In this document: positions 1-12,190 of the stretch, one piece after another
Layout: the number at the start of each line of letters is the position of its first letter
Position numbering within the stretch: position 1 is the first letter of the stretch
Origin: Balanoglossus misakiensis
Taxonomy: Eukaryota; Animalia; Hemichordata
Reading direction: 5' to 3'
Assembly (NCBI GenBank): GCA_040954595.2
Contig: CM082583.2
Coordinates: forward strand, 12,810,987-12,874,986
Length of the DNA stretch: 64,000 bases
Position numbers and translations under genes: made by a program
The notes under the pieces: generated by a model
The model's input: the letters and a program-made list of their open reading frames with translations, nothing else
Told to the model about the DNA's origin: nothing
Database searches by the model: none

Positions 1-474
1 TTCAGGATCTCCACTGCCCGTTTCTTCCCCATCTGTCGGTTTTGTTGTTATTTCTGATGTGTCTCCATTCTTGTCCAAGTCTTCATCTGGTACTCCGCCT
101 ACATCTGGATCTTGTGAAACCTGTTCGAACGCCGATTCTGAACTCTCAGAAACTGGCTTACCGGCATCGGGCTGTTGGGTTACCTGGACTTCAATGGTGT
201 CATCTGCAGAGCTCTTTCTTGACCCCAAACAAACATGTTTATTCGATTCATCACTCAGTTCTGTCATTTTGGCAAGCCATGCTTTTTTAGGAGACTTCAA
301 CTCGGAGAATCTCTTCTGGTTCATGGGCTCGGTATCAGTCTTTCTGGGACACTTGTCTGGGGCATATGCCTCATCTTTTCCATCACTGGACAAACTCTTT
401 TTATGTTCAGGTGTTTTGTCTCTTTCATGGTCCTCTTTTTCATGACTCTTCACTGCCTCTTCTGAAGCAGACAT
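1..474 (-). CDS. First coding exon (partial, runs off the window) of an unidentified gene; acidic, Ser/Lys-rich and probably disordered N-terminus
   Basis: Acceptor tattttacag (AG at 492-491), then ATG at 474 and 158 stop-free codons to the window edge (MSASEEAVKSHEKEDHERDKTPEHKK...EETGSGDPE). Not listed in the ORF track, presumably because no stop codon lies in the window. No recognisable domain. Confidence 0.7.
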   Translation of the reverse strand, partial: MSASEEAVKSHEKEDHERDKTPEHKKSLSSDGKDEAYAPDKCPRKTDTEPMNQKRFSELKSPKKAWLAKMTELSDESNKHVCLGSRKSSADDTIEVQVTQQPDAGKPVSESSESAFEQVSQDPDVGGVPDEDLDKNGDTSEITTKPTDGEETGSGDPE

Positions 475-571
475 AGCTGCAATTCAACAGCTGTAAAATA
501 CAAGAAATGATAAATTCATTTTTGGCATAGCCCTGTCACACATGTTATGGATCCAAAACATGGTTCGTACA

Positions 572-750
572 TGGGATCTGGTTCACTTAGTGGACACGAC
601 TATACCCCATGGGCGATACCATGGCAATGAGGGTGAGTTAGGGTTAGGGTTAGGAGGGTTAGGGGTGGCAATGTGAGGGTGAGTTTAACCCTAACCCTAA
701 AAAACCATGGTATCGCCCATGGGTGTGTCCACTAAGTGAACCAGATCCCG
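572..750. mobile_element. Small fold-back/MITE-like element with internal telomere-like TTAGGG repeats
   Basis: Left arm gggatctggttcacttagtggacac...cccatgggcgataccatgg matches the reverse complement of the right arm ccatggtatcgcccatggg...gtgtccactaagtgaaccagatccc. The centre has ttagggttagggttagg and taaccctaaccctaa. TA follows the right end. Confidence 0.75.
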
Positions 751-939
751 TACATGTTACGTGTGTAGGCTGCCAATAGAACTACATTGTGTATCTAGCT
801 TCGAGTTCCTCACTTAGGCAACAACTTTTCTGGTGTGATTTATACTTTGAAACAAGTTACAAGCTAGCCTCAGTTCACACACTCTAAAACCTGCGGTACC
901 TTACTGCTAAAAGCAGCTGTGGAAACGCAGCAATGACGC

Positions 940-1560
940 TCGTCGACATCATGGACGCCATCCATTTCACAAAATGTACATTTGTTTACATGCACACTAC
1001 ATGTACGTCAGGGGTTCGCCTTCGTCGGCGGAGCAAAAATGCGGAAATAAGCTGTCTACAGAATGTACATATGAAATTCGGGTGGGAATGTTGTATGTTG
1101 AACGCTATGGTAATTAGGACAGGGGAGTTGTCCTTACCTGACATCAAATGCGAGAAGACGCTTCGCAACTGAACGGTCTCCTTTCGGAAGAAGCGCCATT
1201 TTTGGGGTCATATTCAGTTTTATCAGTACATGCGCATTGCGCATGCTCCGAATATGCACCTCTATTCGCTATCAGAGGTTATCAGAGTCTTAAACCTTTT
1301 CTCATAAATTTGCTCACGCAAGGCGACTTAAATTTCTGGCAAACTACGACAAAAAAGTAATCCGAAATTTCAAGAGTTTTGTATAAACTGTGTCAGCACT
1401 TTTGATGGGGTCATGTGACTTGAGACGCGTCAGAGCAAAGTTTTCGCTGCTGATTGGTTGGAGCCACCTGGACCACCTCCACTTGGAAATTTCCGTCTAG
1501 CCTTCCGTGCATTTTCATAAGTGACGACCACGCTGCTGCATGTAGGACGTGTTGCGGAGA
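940..1560. promoter_or_regulatory. CpG-rich, probably bidirectional promoter region
   Basis: Locally high CpG, YY1-like gcgccatttt (~1193), NRF1-like tgcgcattgcgcatgc (~1231) and reverse CCAAT (~1453). A possible minus-strand donor lies near 900 and a plus-strand donor acg|gtaagt at 1623/1624. Confidence 0.5.
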
Positions 1561-4500
1561 GGATGCGGAAAACTCTGTCCCAACACAGAGTTTCTCCGCT
1601 GGATAGTTTTCATGACGACAACGGTAAGTAAAGTAACAGAAGTAGACACATTTACTAATTTTTTGACCAGAAACATGGGTTTTACTGTGGCGAGTTACGG
1701 ACAGCTAAAAACCAGACGTTTGCACCACAGAATTGAAAAATTGGATACGTCACAGTCAGACAGCTCGAGTCAGCGCTTCCGTGCATTTTACAGTAATTCA
1801 CAAATTCCACCCGTTCGCGTTACTCAACTTGAGATGTACGGTTTTTCATATTAAGACAATTCGGTGTTATAGCTGTACTGGTTGCCGGAAAGATTTTTAC
1901 ATAGAAAAACGAGGTAGTTTTTCGGGAAGGGGGGGGGGGGCTACAATGAATTGGTAGCGGGTTCGATGAATTGTAGACAACGTGTTTTCGAGAGTGAGCG
2001 AATGCAAATTGTGTATTATACTACCCGACAATGGCAAAATAAGCCTTGAAACGCTTATATTGGGAGCAGTTATTTTGTGTGTCCGTGCAGTCTTTGCTCC
2101 AAAAATATATATTTATTTTGTCGGAGTTTAAAATGTTCCGCTTGGCTGTAGGCCTAAACTGGAAAATATGTAAATGTACATAGTGCCATGCTGGGGTTCT
2201 AGGCTACTTGTCTGTCAGCGAAGCCCTAAAACATGTATTGTCGTCGTGTATGATGTACCCCAGTACACTATGCGAATGAACAACAGTTTAGCGTACGGTG
2301 ATAACGGTCGATATTTGGTTTCGTGTTCATGGATAGGCATTCAATTTGTTTCCTTATTTTTTGCAGATCGAAGGCCCAGATGAACTGATGTTGGATACTC
2401 TGCGTGGATGCTATGATGTTATCAAGCATGATGTCAAAGTAAGCGGTATTAGCCAAGTTTTTGGGCAATTTTTAAGAACTTTTAATGATTCTGACTGGTG
2501 CCGGTAGCCAGTTCAGCGAACCAATTTTGCACAAATCTGAAGAATGCAACAATACGGATGCCATATGTGGATGTCATTACAGTTTTAAAACCAACATGAC
2601 TACATGCTCGGTGCATGGGTCCTTTTTGTTACGGCACCAACAAGTTCATCGGCTTTGAATGCTTCGAAAGGTGCTCGTTGTTGTGAGTGTGTGCAGTGTG
2701 TGTGTGCGCGCATGTGTGTGTCACGGTAAGTTGTACGGTATATTTGGGCCATGCAACTAGACTACAATGAGGTGAGCGTTTGTATGTTCCATGGCTGAAT
2801 GAAGACCAGTGGATGAAGTTTCGTAACAAGTAAGTTATATAGACATAAATAAAATCCCCGGTGCGGGTGGGTCCCATCCCTCAGACCGTCAGTTAATACT
2901 TAATACAAGTTTTTTTTAGAAATGTTATCTTTCGTCATTATTCAATAAAAATAAAATAAAAACATACACGCACTCATAATACTTGGAGTGGTTTATTTCC
3001 GTACCGATCATCTTCCCCTCGCGTATATAGTTAATACAGTTTTTTTTAGATATGTTATCTTTCGTCATTATTCAATAAAAATAAAATAAAAACATACACG
3101 CACTCATAATACTTGGAGTGGTTTATTTCCGTACCGATCATCTTCCCCCTCACGTATATAGTTAATACAGGTTTTTTTAGATATGTTATCTTTCGTCATT
3201 ATTCAATAAAAAATATTAAAAACATACGTGTATTGATAAAACTGAGAGTGGTTTATTTCCGTACCGATCATCTTCCCCCCTCACGTATATAGTTAATACA
3301 GGTTTTTTTTAGATATGTTATCTTTCGTCATTATTCAATAAAAAATATTAAAAACATACGCGTATTGATAAAACTGAGAGTGGTTTATTTCCGTACCGAT
3401 CATCTTCCCCCTCACGTATATAGTTAATACAGGCTTTTTAGATATGTTATCTTTCGTCATTATTCAATATAAAAATATTAAAAACATACGTGTATTGATA
3501 AAACTGAGAGTGGTTTATTTCCGTACCGATCATCTTCCCCCTCACGTATATAGTTAATACAGGTTTTTTAGATATGTTATCTTTCGTCATTATTCAATAA
3601 AAAAATATTAAAAACATACGTGTATTGATAAAACTGAGAGTGGTTTATTTCCGTACCGATCATCTTCCCCCTCACGTATATAGTTAATACAGGTTTTTTA
3701 GATATGTTATCTTTCGTCATTATTCAATAAAAAAATATTAAAAACATACGTGTATTGATAAAACAGAGTGGTTTATTTCCGTACCGCTCATCTTCGCTTG
3801 TGTATATGTCTCTGTTAGTCTGTTTTTTATGGTAAATAAGGTATTTACTTTCCAGACATTAACTTTATTTGCTTGTTTTGCAGATGCAGAGACCAGAGTT
3901 TTTTCGCCATGCAGCGGTATAGCTGGGTGAGGTAAGGGCAGGTATCTTCCATGGCTGAACGATCATGAATATTGCAGACACTCACTCCATTTGCTTGTTT
4001 TGCAGATCCAGAGACGAGATCAACTCATAATGGTATTCATCAACCAAGCTTGGGGTGCAAGTGACTAGATGTTTTCGCCATGCAGCAGAATTGCTGGGTG
4101 CGGTAAGGGCAGTATGTTCAATGGCTGAACGATCATGAATATTAGACATTCACTTCATTTGCTTGTTTTGCAGATCCAGAGACGAGATCAACTGATAATG
4201 GTATCGGCAACCGAGCCTGGATGTTTTCGCCATGCAGCAGAATAGCTGGGTGCGGTAAAGGGCAGTATGTTCCATGGCTGAACGAAGATCGGAGGTTTCA
4301 AGCAAGGTTTGGCGAGACATCAAAGGCCCTCATTTCATGGTGGCCATTTTGAAGATTTTTTCCCCCATTCAGACTGGTGCCGTTTCCCAGTCAAGCGAAC
4401 TAGTTTTGCACAAACCTGCATGTAACAATATGGACCCGGTACTATATGTGGATGTCAATTCAATGCTTTAAAACCGACCTGACTGCAAGATGCAAGGGGT

Positions 4501-4960
4501 GGCCATTTTGTTGTGGCACAAACATGTTCGCCATTTTTGTGGGAGACATTCCATTTACATACTTATTAATTTATTCCAGGGATCCCACAGATGATGCTAA
4601 GATGATTGCCAGCCTGTGTGATTGATATCCAGAGATAATGGAGATACAACGAAAATGGTTTGAGCTTCACAGAAGAAATGCAGTTGCTCCTTTTTCATAT
4701 TGTAAATCTACTGTAACAGATAATATTGTATACATGTATCTCTTGTTTATGGTTTCAAAATTAAAAATTGAAATTAAAATTTTCAATGAACTAGATTAAA
4801 AAGAAATACTCGTGTCTGTGTCATTTTATTTACCCAACACTGCCTTGATGGCGCCATTATATTCATCACTACTGCAGCAGCAGCAGCAGCAGAGTCGTGA
4901 TAAACTGTACAATTCATTCGGAAATAAAATGCGTGTAAAAAAAAAACAAAAAAAATAAAA
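1550..4960 (+). ncRNA. Candidate multi-exon lncRNA or micropeptide transcript
   Basis: Series of plus-strand exons with good splice sites: ..1623, 2367-2438, 3884-3931, 4006-4102, 4174-4254, 4580.. AATAAA at ~4923 and ~4954. No long spliced ORF. The 5' and 3' ends are approximate. Confidence 0.45.
2891..3800. repeat. Tandem array, ~130-bp unit, ~7 copies
   Basis: Unit tagttaatacagg(t)nagatatgttatctttcgtcattattcaata...gagtggtttatttccgtaccgatcatcttccccctcacgtata starts at ~2891, 3029, 3159, 3290, 3421, 3551 and 3681. Confidence 0.95.
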
Positions 4961-5543
4961 GCTTTCACTGCCAATACATGTTGGTATTTTCATTTAATTA
5001 ATTTCTGGTAAAGTCAGAGTACAGACAAAATACAACTCTTCATTTCATATATTTCAAATATAAGGGATAACGATAGCATACTAAATACAATGTATCTGAA
5101 TAACGTCCATTAGTAGTATTGACAATAAAAAAAGTAGACTACAGATCATAATCAGGACTACATGTATATAAAACATTGGCAGAGAATAATATCTCTGTGA
5201 ATTTGATATATTTTTACCTCGACATATAAATGGTTCAACGTAAGTTGAATCGTATAATACAAGTACAAGTTAAGAATATTGTTCCAAATTATTACAAACA
5301 TGCAATAGTAAATCGTGATAAATAATTATATTATATAGTATGAATATATAAGTTGAATGCGTACACAAACAACTTTGTTTCCGAAATATTTGGAGCGTGT
5401 GAGCGTTTCTGGAAAGTTTTAAAAAGTTTGTTCCGAGACCCATTTCACTAAGCCTCTACTAATATGTTTATAAGACTTTATCAAACATGTACTATCAACA
5501 TAATACTAGTAGCTTCGCGTTATTGGCCAGAACAGATGGTAGT

Positions 5544-8500
5544 TCAGGTGGTGTTTGTCCCTTTGCTGTTAGGTTTATTGTGCGTTTTACAACACATATT
5601 ACGATATAATCCAGCCGTGCGTAGGCGCAAAAGAAACGCCCCGAAGATGAACACGCCTTGCAGTGTGTTCGCGATGATGAACACGTAATCTAAAGCCTCG
5701 GCCTGAAGGAAACCATCGAGAAAGCCCACAACCCAAGCCAATCCCATCACAGTGGACATCTTCATAGAGAAGATTATGTGTTGGGTTGTGTATGACTGTT
5801 GGCGGTGCTTCCCCATTTTTCGTTCAGATACTAAAATAGAAGACACGATATACACAAAACAAATGGTGTTAAAAGACAGAATTAAACCAACAGGGACCAA
5901 GAATGCGACAATCAGAGGAAAACGTCGACCAATCCAACAAAGGGGCCCTTCGCCGTAACCAATCTGTGCATCATGAGGGGCGAAGTTATCCATTACTGCA
6001 CAGACCCCGACGAACACAAGCGGTAGCAGCCAGGCGTACGCGCAGTAATACGAGAACACCTTGTCGCCACCACCGGCAGAGACCCTCGTCAACTGTTTGC
6101 GCATTTGCACGATGTCGGCGGACATGACGCTCATCCAGCAAAATGCCGCAAGCCACACGTAGTGCGACACCACGGCGGTGGTTTTGCACAGCCACGGGAA
6201 CTTGGTAAAATCCACCAGCGATATGAATATCAATTGTGCAAATACCAGAGCTATGGCAAGGTTCAGAATAATCTTTCCTGGGCGATTTCTCACTTGCCGG
6301 AAAGCAGATATGGTGATGATTGTGACAACCAGGCAGAGTATGGAAAACATACAGCCAGTAAAAGTTAGTAGCTGTTTCAGTCTGGTTTTCGAGCTCGTGT
6401 TCCAAAATGGGGACCTTACATTCGTCATATGACATACCAGGGCGTGGGAATGGTCTTGCGATAAAACATATTTGCCTTTGGGGTACACCGTCGACTGAAT
6501 CAAAAGAAAGTCGTCCGTCACTTGAAAATCACCCGTAGAAAGTTTCATAATTACCTGTACACCTTCAGGGCAACTGAACAGCGAACTGTGATCAAAGTTA
6601 AACAGAGACTTGCAAATAACAATTTCCAGATTTATTCTTTTCAAGGTAGATTTATCACTTTCGTAATGGCATGATTTAGATAATAAACGTGAAACGTTGT
6701 ACGATGGATGCCTTGTTATATTGGCCATTGTGTCTTCGTTTGAACTATCGTTATTGTAGTCTGCTATGGCACCTGTGATTGACACTCGGTCTGTTGTGTT
6801 GTCGCAGTCCCCTGACCATGCTTCAAAAATGACTGATCTGACAACGATATCCATAGTTAACAATTCCGGTGACATTTCGGCCCAGGTTGCCGTGCATGCT
6901 ACTGGAAAGAACCCATTTGCAAAGGACCGATCTACTTCAACTAGGAAAGCAATTGAAACCGTACAGACTTCAAAAAAGCTTAGAGTGGCGTGTTGTGACA
7001 AGATGATATCGTATAAAGTGTTGTTCTCAAAGAGATTTCGGATCAGTGGTTTCATGGTTCGCTCCAAATGAGCGACATGACACGTCTCGTTTCCCCCCGG
7101 AAAACTTATACGAAAAGTTAACAACACCTTCGAAGGTACGCCCTCTGCTGGGGCGGGGAGGGAAGCATTTAGATCGAACAGACCTGGTGTTAACAGAGAG
7201 TTTCTCAAAGGCGATTTGGCAATGTCATCACGATCGCGCCAATCTGGTGGAACACATTCGCCTTGGAAAATGTCAAAAATGGTGCCCTGCCCACAATTAC
7301 CCATCTGCTCTGCAAATCGTTGTTTGTTAACTTCGACTGTTTGCTCACCCTGTGCATTGAAATCGAATAATACATCAAATGAAGGAGTCCGAGAGCCAAC
7401 TACTACTGCAGGCGGTGGTACACCACAGTGTGTCCATTCAAGTTTCAATAGTTCCCCTAAATTGCACATTGCGCAATAAATGTTCTTATAGTAATCAGTA
7501 ATTCGAGTCCTGCCGTAAGAAGTGACCACTTCCACTATGGCCGTCTGGTCGTGGCAGAGGTCGATGAATGTGTCATTGTTGAATGTATGAGAACAGGTGT
7601 CTATGGGCCGAACGCATTCGGAACCTGCTCGCCTGAGATCGCCGTCTACTACCGGAAACATCTGACACATTTCGAGTGACTTTGTCATGGAGATGATCGC
7701 GGACACGTTGCCAATGTGTCTCCCAATAAGCGGGCGATTGCCCCTGCTGGACTTGCACTCCCAGATCAACGATGCAAACTGGACACTAGACTCATTCACG
7801 CCGTGGCATGTTGCACAGTAGATGTTCTTGAACACTTTGCCAGTAGAATCAATGACCGGAGTAACATCAAAAACTGACGCGTCTGTAACGGAATTGAAAG
7901 TAAGCAGTGTTCACAATACAAATATGATAAAACTTTATATATCCGCAATACACAAAGTAAAAACTAGATTTTAGAAGTCGTAAATATAAGATTTTGTCAT
8001 GTTTCCTCAAAAATTTTGACCACTTTTTATGTTTCAAATTTCATAATTTTCTGTTAGGTATACTAGTATTCCCAGGTTTTACCACTCAACAGCAATAAGG
8101 AAAATTTTACATGTACTTTTGCTCAATGCTAACGAACAAAAACGACGTATTCGTACCGTTACTGCCTTCACACCGTTGACCGATGTTCTTATATGGCCAG
8201 TCTTGGGGGCATCTGTGCGTTACCATGACATCAACTGTGCTCCCTCTGACTTCCATACACTCTTCTTCAACCCATATTTCGTCGGGGCTCGGCGGTTCTT
8301 CGTCGTCACCATAGCATTGGTCTTTGTAGTCATGGCAGCAGTCGCCGTGCACCAAACATTCCGGCTGGCAGCTGCACATAGAGCTGTCGTAATATGCGAG
8401 CTCGACAGTGGCGCTGCCATTGCAGACCAGGCCGTCCCGCGTGAGACATGAATCCATTCGGCGCCCGGTGTCCGGATAGCGACACTGCAAGGACTCTGCG

Positions 8501-8910
8501 TCTATGTTGTAACGCGGCGGCGGGGGAGGTTTCTGGGTGCTAACGGTGGCCGTCGTTGGCCGTGGCTGCAGAGACGCAGCGCCAGCGCCACTGGTTGTTG
8601 ATGGCGATGGCCAAAACGTCGACGGATTCATGTTTTCATTGATTATTTCGGGCGTTGATAATGTAGATGGCGTTGATGAATGCATGTGATCTGATGTGAC
8701 TGTGTTGCCAGTATCTGGACCATCGGAAGCTGTCACAGACGAGCTGCCCGTCGCGTGGTCGTTGTCTGTCGACAATCTTATGGTGAAGCCCGTTGACATA
8801 AAGCTGCCTGACGTGGCAGGAATCGCCTGAGAATTTCCCAGTGTCCACACCAAAATCACATTTCTTTGCGCCAACAAAAGCATACAGGCGAAACACCAAA
8901 CGGCTCTCAT
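5544..8910 (-). CDS. Somatomedin-B/Cys-rich ectodomain class B (adhesion/methuselah-like) 7TM GPCR, ~1030 aa
   Basis: Coding exons 8910-8157 and 7882-5544, joined by a phase-1 intron (aacg|gtacga...cgttacag|acgc); 3093 nt total. Signal peptide MRAVWCFACMLLLA, Ser/Thr stalk, SMB-like CSCQPECLVHGDCCHDYKDQC, secretin-family 7TM motifs (HYVWLAAFCWM, AYAWLLP, YGEGPLCWI, NTLQGVFIF). A 5'UTR exon donor lies near 9285. Confidence 0.85.
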
Positions 8911-10498
8911 GATTCGAGTATCGCCCAACGCTGAACAAACGAGGTATCCAAATCTTCAGGAAATTGCTAATGCAAAACCTGCGAAAATAAAACAGTACTG
9001 TTTCGACTTTTTTAAACGTCGAAGTTGTTCTAGGCAGGAAAATGGTAAACCAAACACTCACATATAATTTGAAACATTAAATATACAGTAAGAAGTACAG
9101 GCTGCCCACAATGAGCAAAACCGCGTTGAAAAACAACAACAACGGAATAATTCAATGCTTTAGAATCTTGATTCATGCATATATGGTTGTTATATTACTT
9201 AACTAACTAACTAACTATACTCTGACAGTGGGTATACATATATTAGCATCGTAGGATGAAATATTGAAAATCATTCACGCTTACCGAGTTTTTCTCTTCT
9301 GCAAATGATGTCTTCTTGGAGACGTACAGAAAACAAGAATTCAATCCTTTTTATATAGTGCAGCATATTTTATAGTCTGTATCAACAGGAAATCGGCTCA
9401 CGTTAATTCCTCTTAAAATCTAAACAAAAAGCAACCTAATATGGAAGCCTAAAGGGGCACATATATTCCTAAATGATATCTCGCTTCTAACTTAATCATA
9501 TTAAGTACAATCTAGACTGGTTTGAATCTCGGCTTATTACAGTTGGTCCGAAACAGATGTTTTCTTGAAAGCTTCTCACACATTAATCTTCATGAACGAT
9601 TTTAATCCATGTCGTCACAGCCATCCCCCTCGCAGTTTGTTCTAATCCATTTTTAAAAGGAGACAATTTTAGATCCACGGGGAACATCAGAAATCAACCG
9701 ACAGGCGACATATGTATTATTGATGAACGATCGCAGAGGGCGGTAATCCGAATTCTCTGCTGGGAATATTTTTATATGTGGAAAAGACGTCAACAGATTC
9801 CCCCTGAAGATGCAACATTTTACAAGACCCCGGACAAACAAGATACGGCGATTAGAGAATTCGGCTTGTTGGACTTAATGCTTTTCTAATAAAATAAGCC
9901 TCAGCCCCATTGGTTTCCAAATTCTCAAACGAGGGTGCTTTAAAAGATAGGACAACAATCCGTGGTACATTGCGGCCAGTCAATATTTCAATGCATTCAA
10001 TTTCAAATTTGGAGCACAGGTGAGCCGGCGTCATGTTTTACAATTTAACATTTTAGGTTACAACAGCTTAGTTTGTATAATATAGAAACATAAACAATGT
10101 TTACTGAGTGAACGATTACAATATTGTTAATAGAGCATTCTTGTCATTTAATTACAAATGTATTTATTCTATAGGCTTATTACCATTATAACATTAACGT
10201 ACTCAATGGAGAGTCAATAAACAGGGTAAGCATATGTAGTTTCAGGGATCCGCTCGCAGGCAACTAAAATACCACAAGTGCACTAAGAAAATTAAATGTC
10301 GTTTAGAGTGACAGCTAAAAAAGCGCATAAAAGTGCCAAGATTTTTCCCGGTTGTAGAGCAAAGACAAACATTCATTCACAGCTGACTGGCAACCATCTT
10401 TTCGAATCGAACATCCTCCAGCCCCTCCCCCCGATATCAGATGGTCCAACTCCCCGTGCATCCTTTGTATAACTAGGAAATGTTCTGTGCGTCTCAGG

Positions 10499-11833
10499 CT
10501 ATTGATGCCGAAGTCTCTGCAGAGACACACCTTTGCATGGATCCCCCTTGCATAGTTTGGTATTAATATCGGAGAGGAACCAATGCCCCCATTCTTTGGC
10601 CCTTTTCTCCTTGTCTTCGTTTCCCACGATGAAGTTGTTCTGGATGACGACGGGGCCATTGGAGCCGGACATGCGCAGGTCGTATTTGCGATACCACTGT
10701 CCACTGAAGAAGCGGTCTTCCGGAAGCCACTGCATCTTAATGCCTTCTTTTCTGATCAAGCTGTTCAGTAACGCCATATCGCCAACAATCTTCGCTTTGC
10801 CTTGAAGATGCAGTTCCACGGTGCTGTCCAGAGTTTCACTCAACTTGCCCCACATCCTTTTCGTCACTTCCGTTGCATTGAGATACACGAAACCTGCCAT
10901 TGCCTTGCGGTCGATCTCAGCTTCCCCAGGTATATTGGCAGCGCTGATGACGTCTACACCTGAATATCGCTTAAAGAACTGGACTGGATTTTTGACCCAA
11001 ACGGAGTCAGCTTCGACCAAAAACACGGGAAAATTGGCCTTTAATATGTAGTTTACCAAGTGTACTCGATACTGAAGGAACTCGAAGTAAGAGTCCTCTC
11101 CGTGCGACATAGAAGTAGAGTTTCCAAAATTACGTAGAACCACATTTAAAATCGGCTTCCATTTGCGCAATGCCCAGTAAGACAGAGTATCGCTGGTGAC
11201 AAAAAGAACTGACGGTAGGAGGCCCATACACTCCACGTTACAAATCCAACTTTTTGTCATATTGATAAAACCGAAATTTAAGAAGTTAATGATCACTAAG
11301 CCCGACCTATTTCCAACACGTTCAGCCAACGTGAAAATGTCAGTATTTGGACTAAGGGGGTCAGACCGGGCACGGGGGACTACGTCAGCGTCGTTTGGTG
11401 TTGGCATTGTATCTTTGTTTTTCGCTGCACCACTTGCTGGGACTACTTCGTTGATGTGTGGTAGTGCTTCGGTCTTTTTGTTTGCCTTTGAGATATAACC
11501 CTGAACATCTCCCGAAGCCGTCAGTGAGGTTCGCGTTGGCTTGTTACCACTAGAAGAAGACGCGTGGTGGTGTTTTCGAAATTCCACTTCATTCACCCTA
11601 AACTTTGTTCCATTGTCTTGAACAGCCGAATGCTTCGTTTCGCCGTGCTCGTATTTTACAGATCCTTCCGCCGCCGTGTAAGTTGTTAGCTCGATGTGCT
11701 TGGTATCGCCATGCCTGATCGTTTCTTGGTAGCGCGGCCGAAGTTCGTCTTCCTGCGTTCCATGCAACCACAAATAAACCAGCGCCATTAGGATCATGGT
11801 GATCCCAAGTATCTTCTGTTGTCTACGATACAT
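10499..11833 (-). CDS. Type II membrane nucleotide-diphospho-sugar transferase (Nucleotid_trans / GT77-like, similar to the RGXT xylosyltransferase family)
   Basis: 444-aa uninterrupted ORF: short cytosolic tail, TM helix ILGITMILMALVYLWL, stem region, then family-like motifs FLVEADSVWVKNP, AGFVYLNAT, LPEDRFFSG and QNNFIVGNEDKEKRAKEWGHW. An acceptor-like tttgtttcagcag lies ~20 nt upstream of the ATG. Confidence 0.8.
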   Translation of the reverse strand: MYRRQQKILGITMILMALVYLWLHGTQEDELRPRYQETIRHGDTKHIELTTYTAAEGSVKYEHGETKHSAVQDNGTKFRVNEVEFRKHHHASSSSGNKPTRTSLTASGDVQGYISKANKKTEALPHINEVVPASGAAKNKDTMPTPNDADVVPRARSDPLSPNTDIFTLAERVGNRSGLVIINFLNFGFINMTKSWICNVECMGLLPSVLFVTSDTLSYWALRKWKPILNVVLRNFGNSTSMSHGEDSYFEFLQYRVHLVNYILKANFPVFLVEADSVWVKNPVQFFKRYSGVDVISAANIPGEAEIDRKAMAGFVYLNATEVTKRMWGKLSETLDSTVELHLQGKAKIVGDMALLNSLIRKEGIKMQWLPEDRFFSGQWYRKYDLRMSGSNGPVVIQNNFIVGNEDKEKRAKEWGHWFLSDINTKLCKGDPCKGVSLQRLRHQ

Positions 11834-12190
11834 GTTTATACCACGACAAATTCTGCTGAAACAAACTGTGTTTTCAAAACCTTCCGATTTTAATGACGTA
11901 TTTCTAGTATGAACTGCTCACATATATTGCACGACGTATCAATAATCTCTCCCATATGATACATATTTTCAAACGAGATTATGAAGACATAAAACAGATG
12001 GACACTCAACAGAAACTGAGACAAAATAGATCTTTTTCGAAATTGCCGGCTGTTATACATAAAACTCTTTTTAACAATGATTTCTATGGCGTGGAATAAA
12101 AATCGTTTTATCTGTTTGACGAGTATCCATGGTTTTAGCTGACACTGACACCTGTTGATCTGTTGAACACCTGATACAAGATTATGGTAC

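Noticed and set aside
59-445. Plus-strand Ser/Leu/Phe-rich ORF
   Set aside because: It is the antisense shadow of the charged minus-strand coding exon 474-1.
2891-3800. Regular array that could be mistaken for a CRISPR array
   Set aside because: Whole 130-bp units are near-identical with no unique spacers, there are no cas genes, and the context is eukaryotic.
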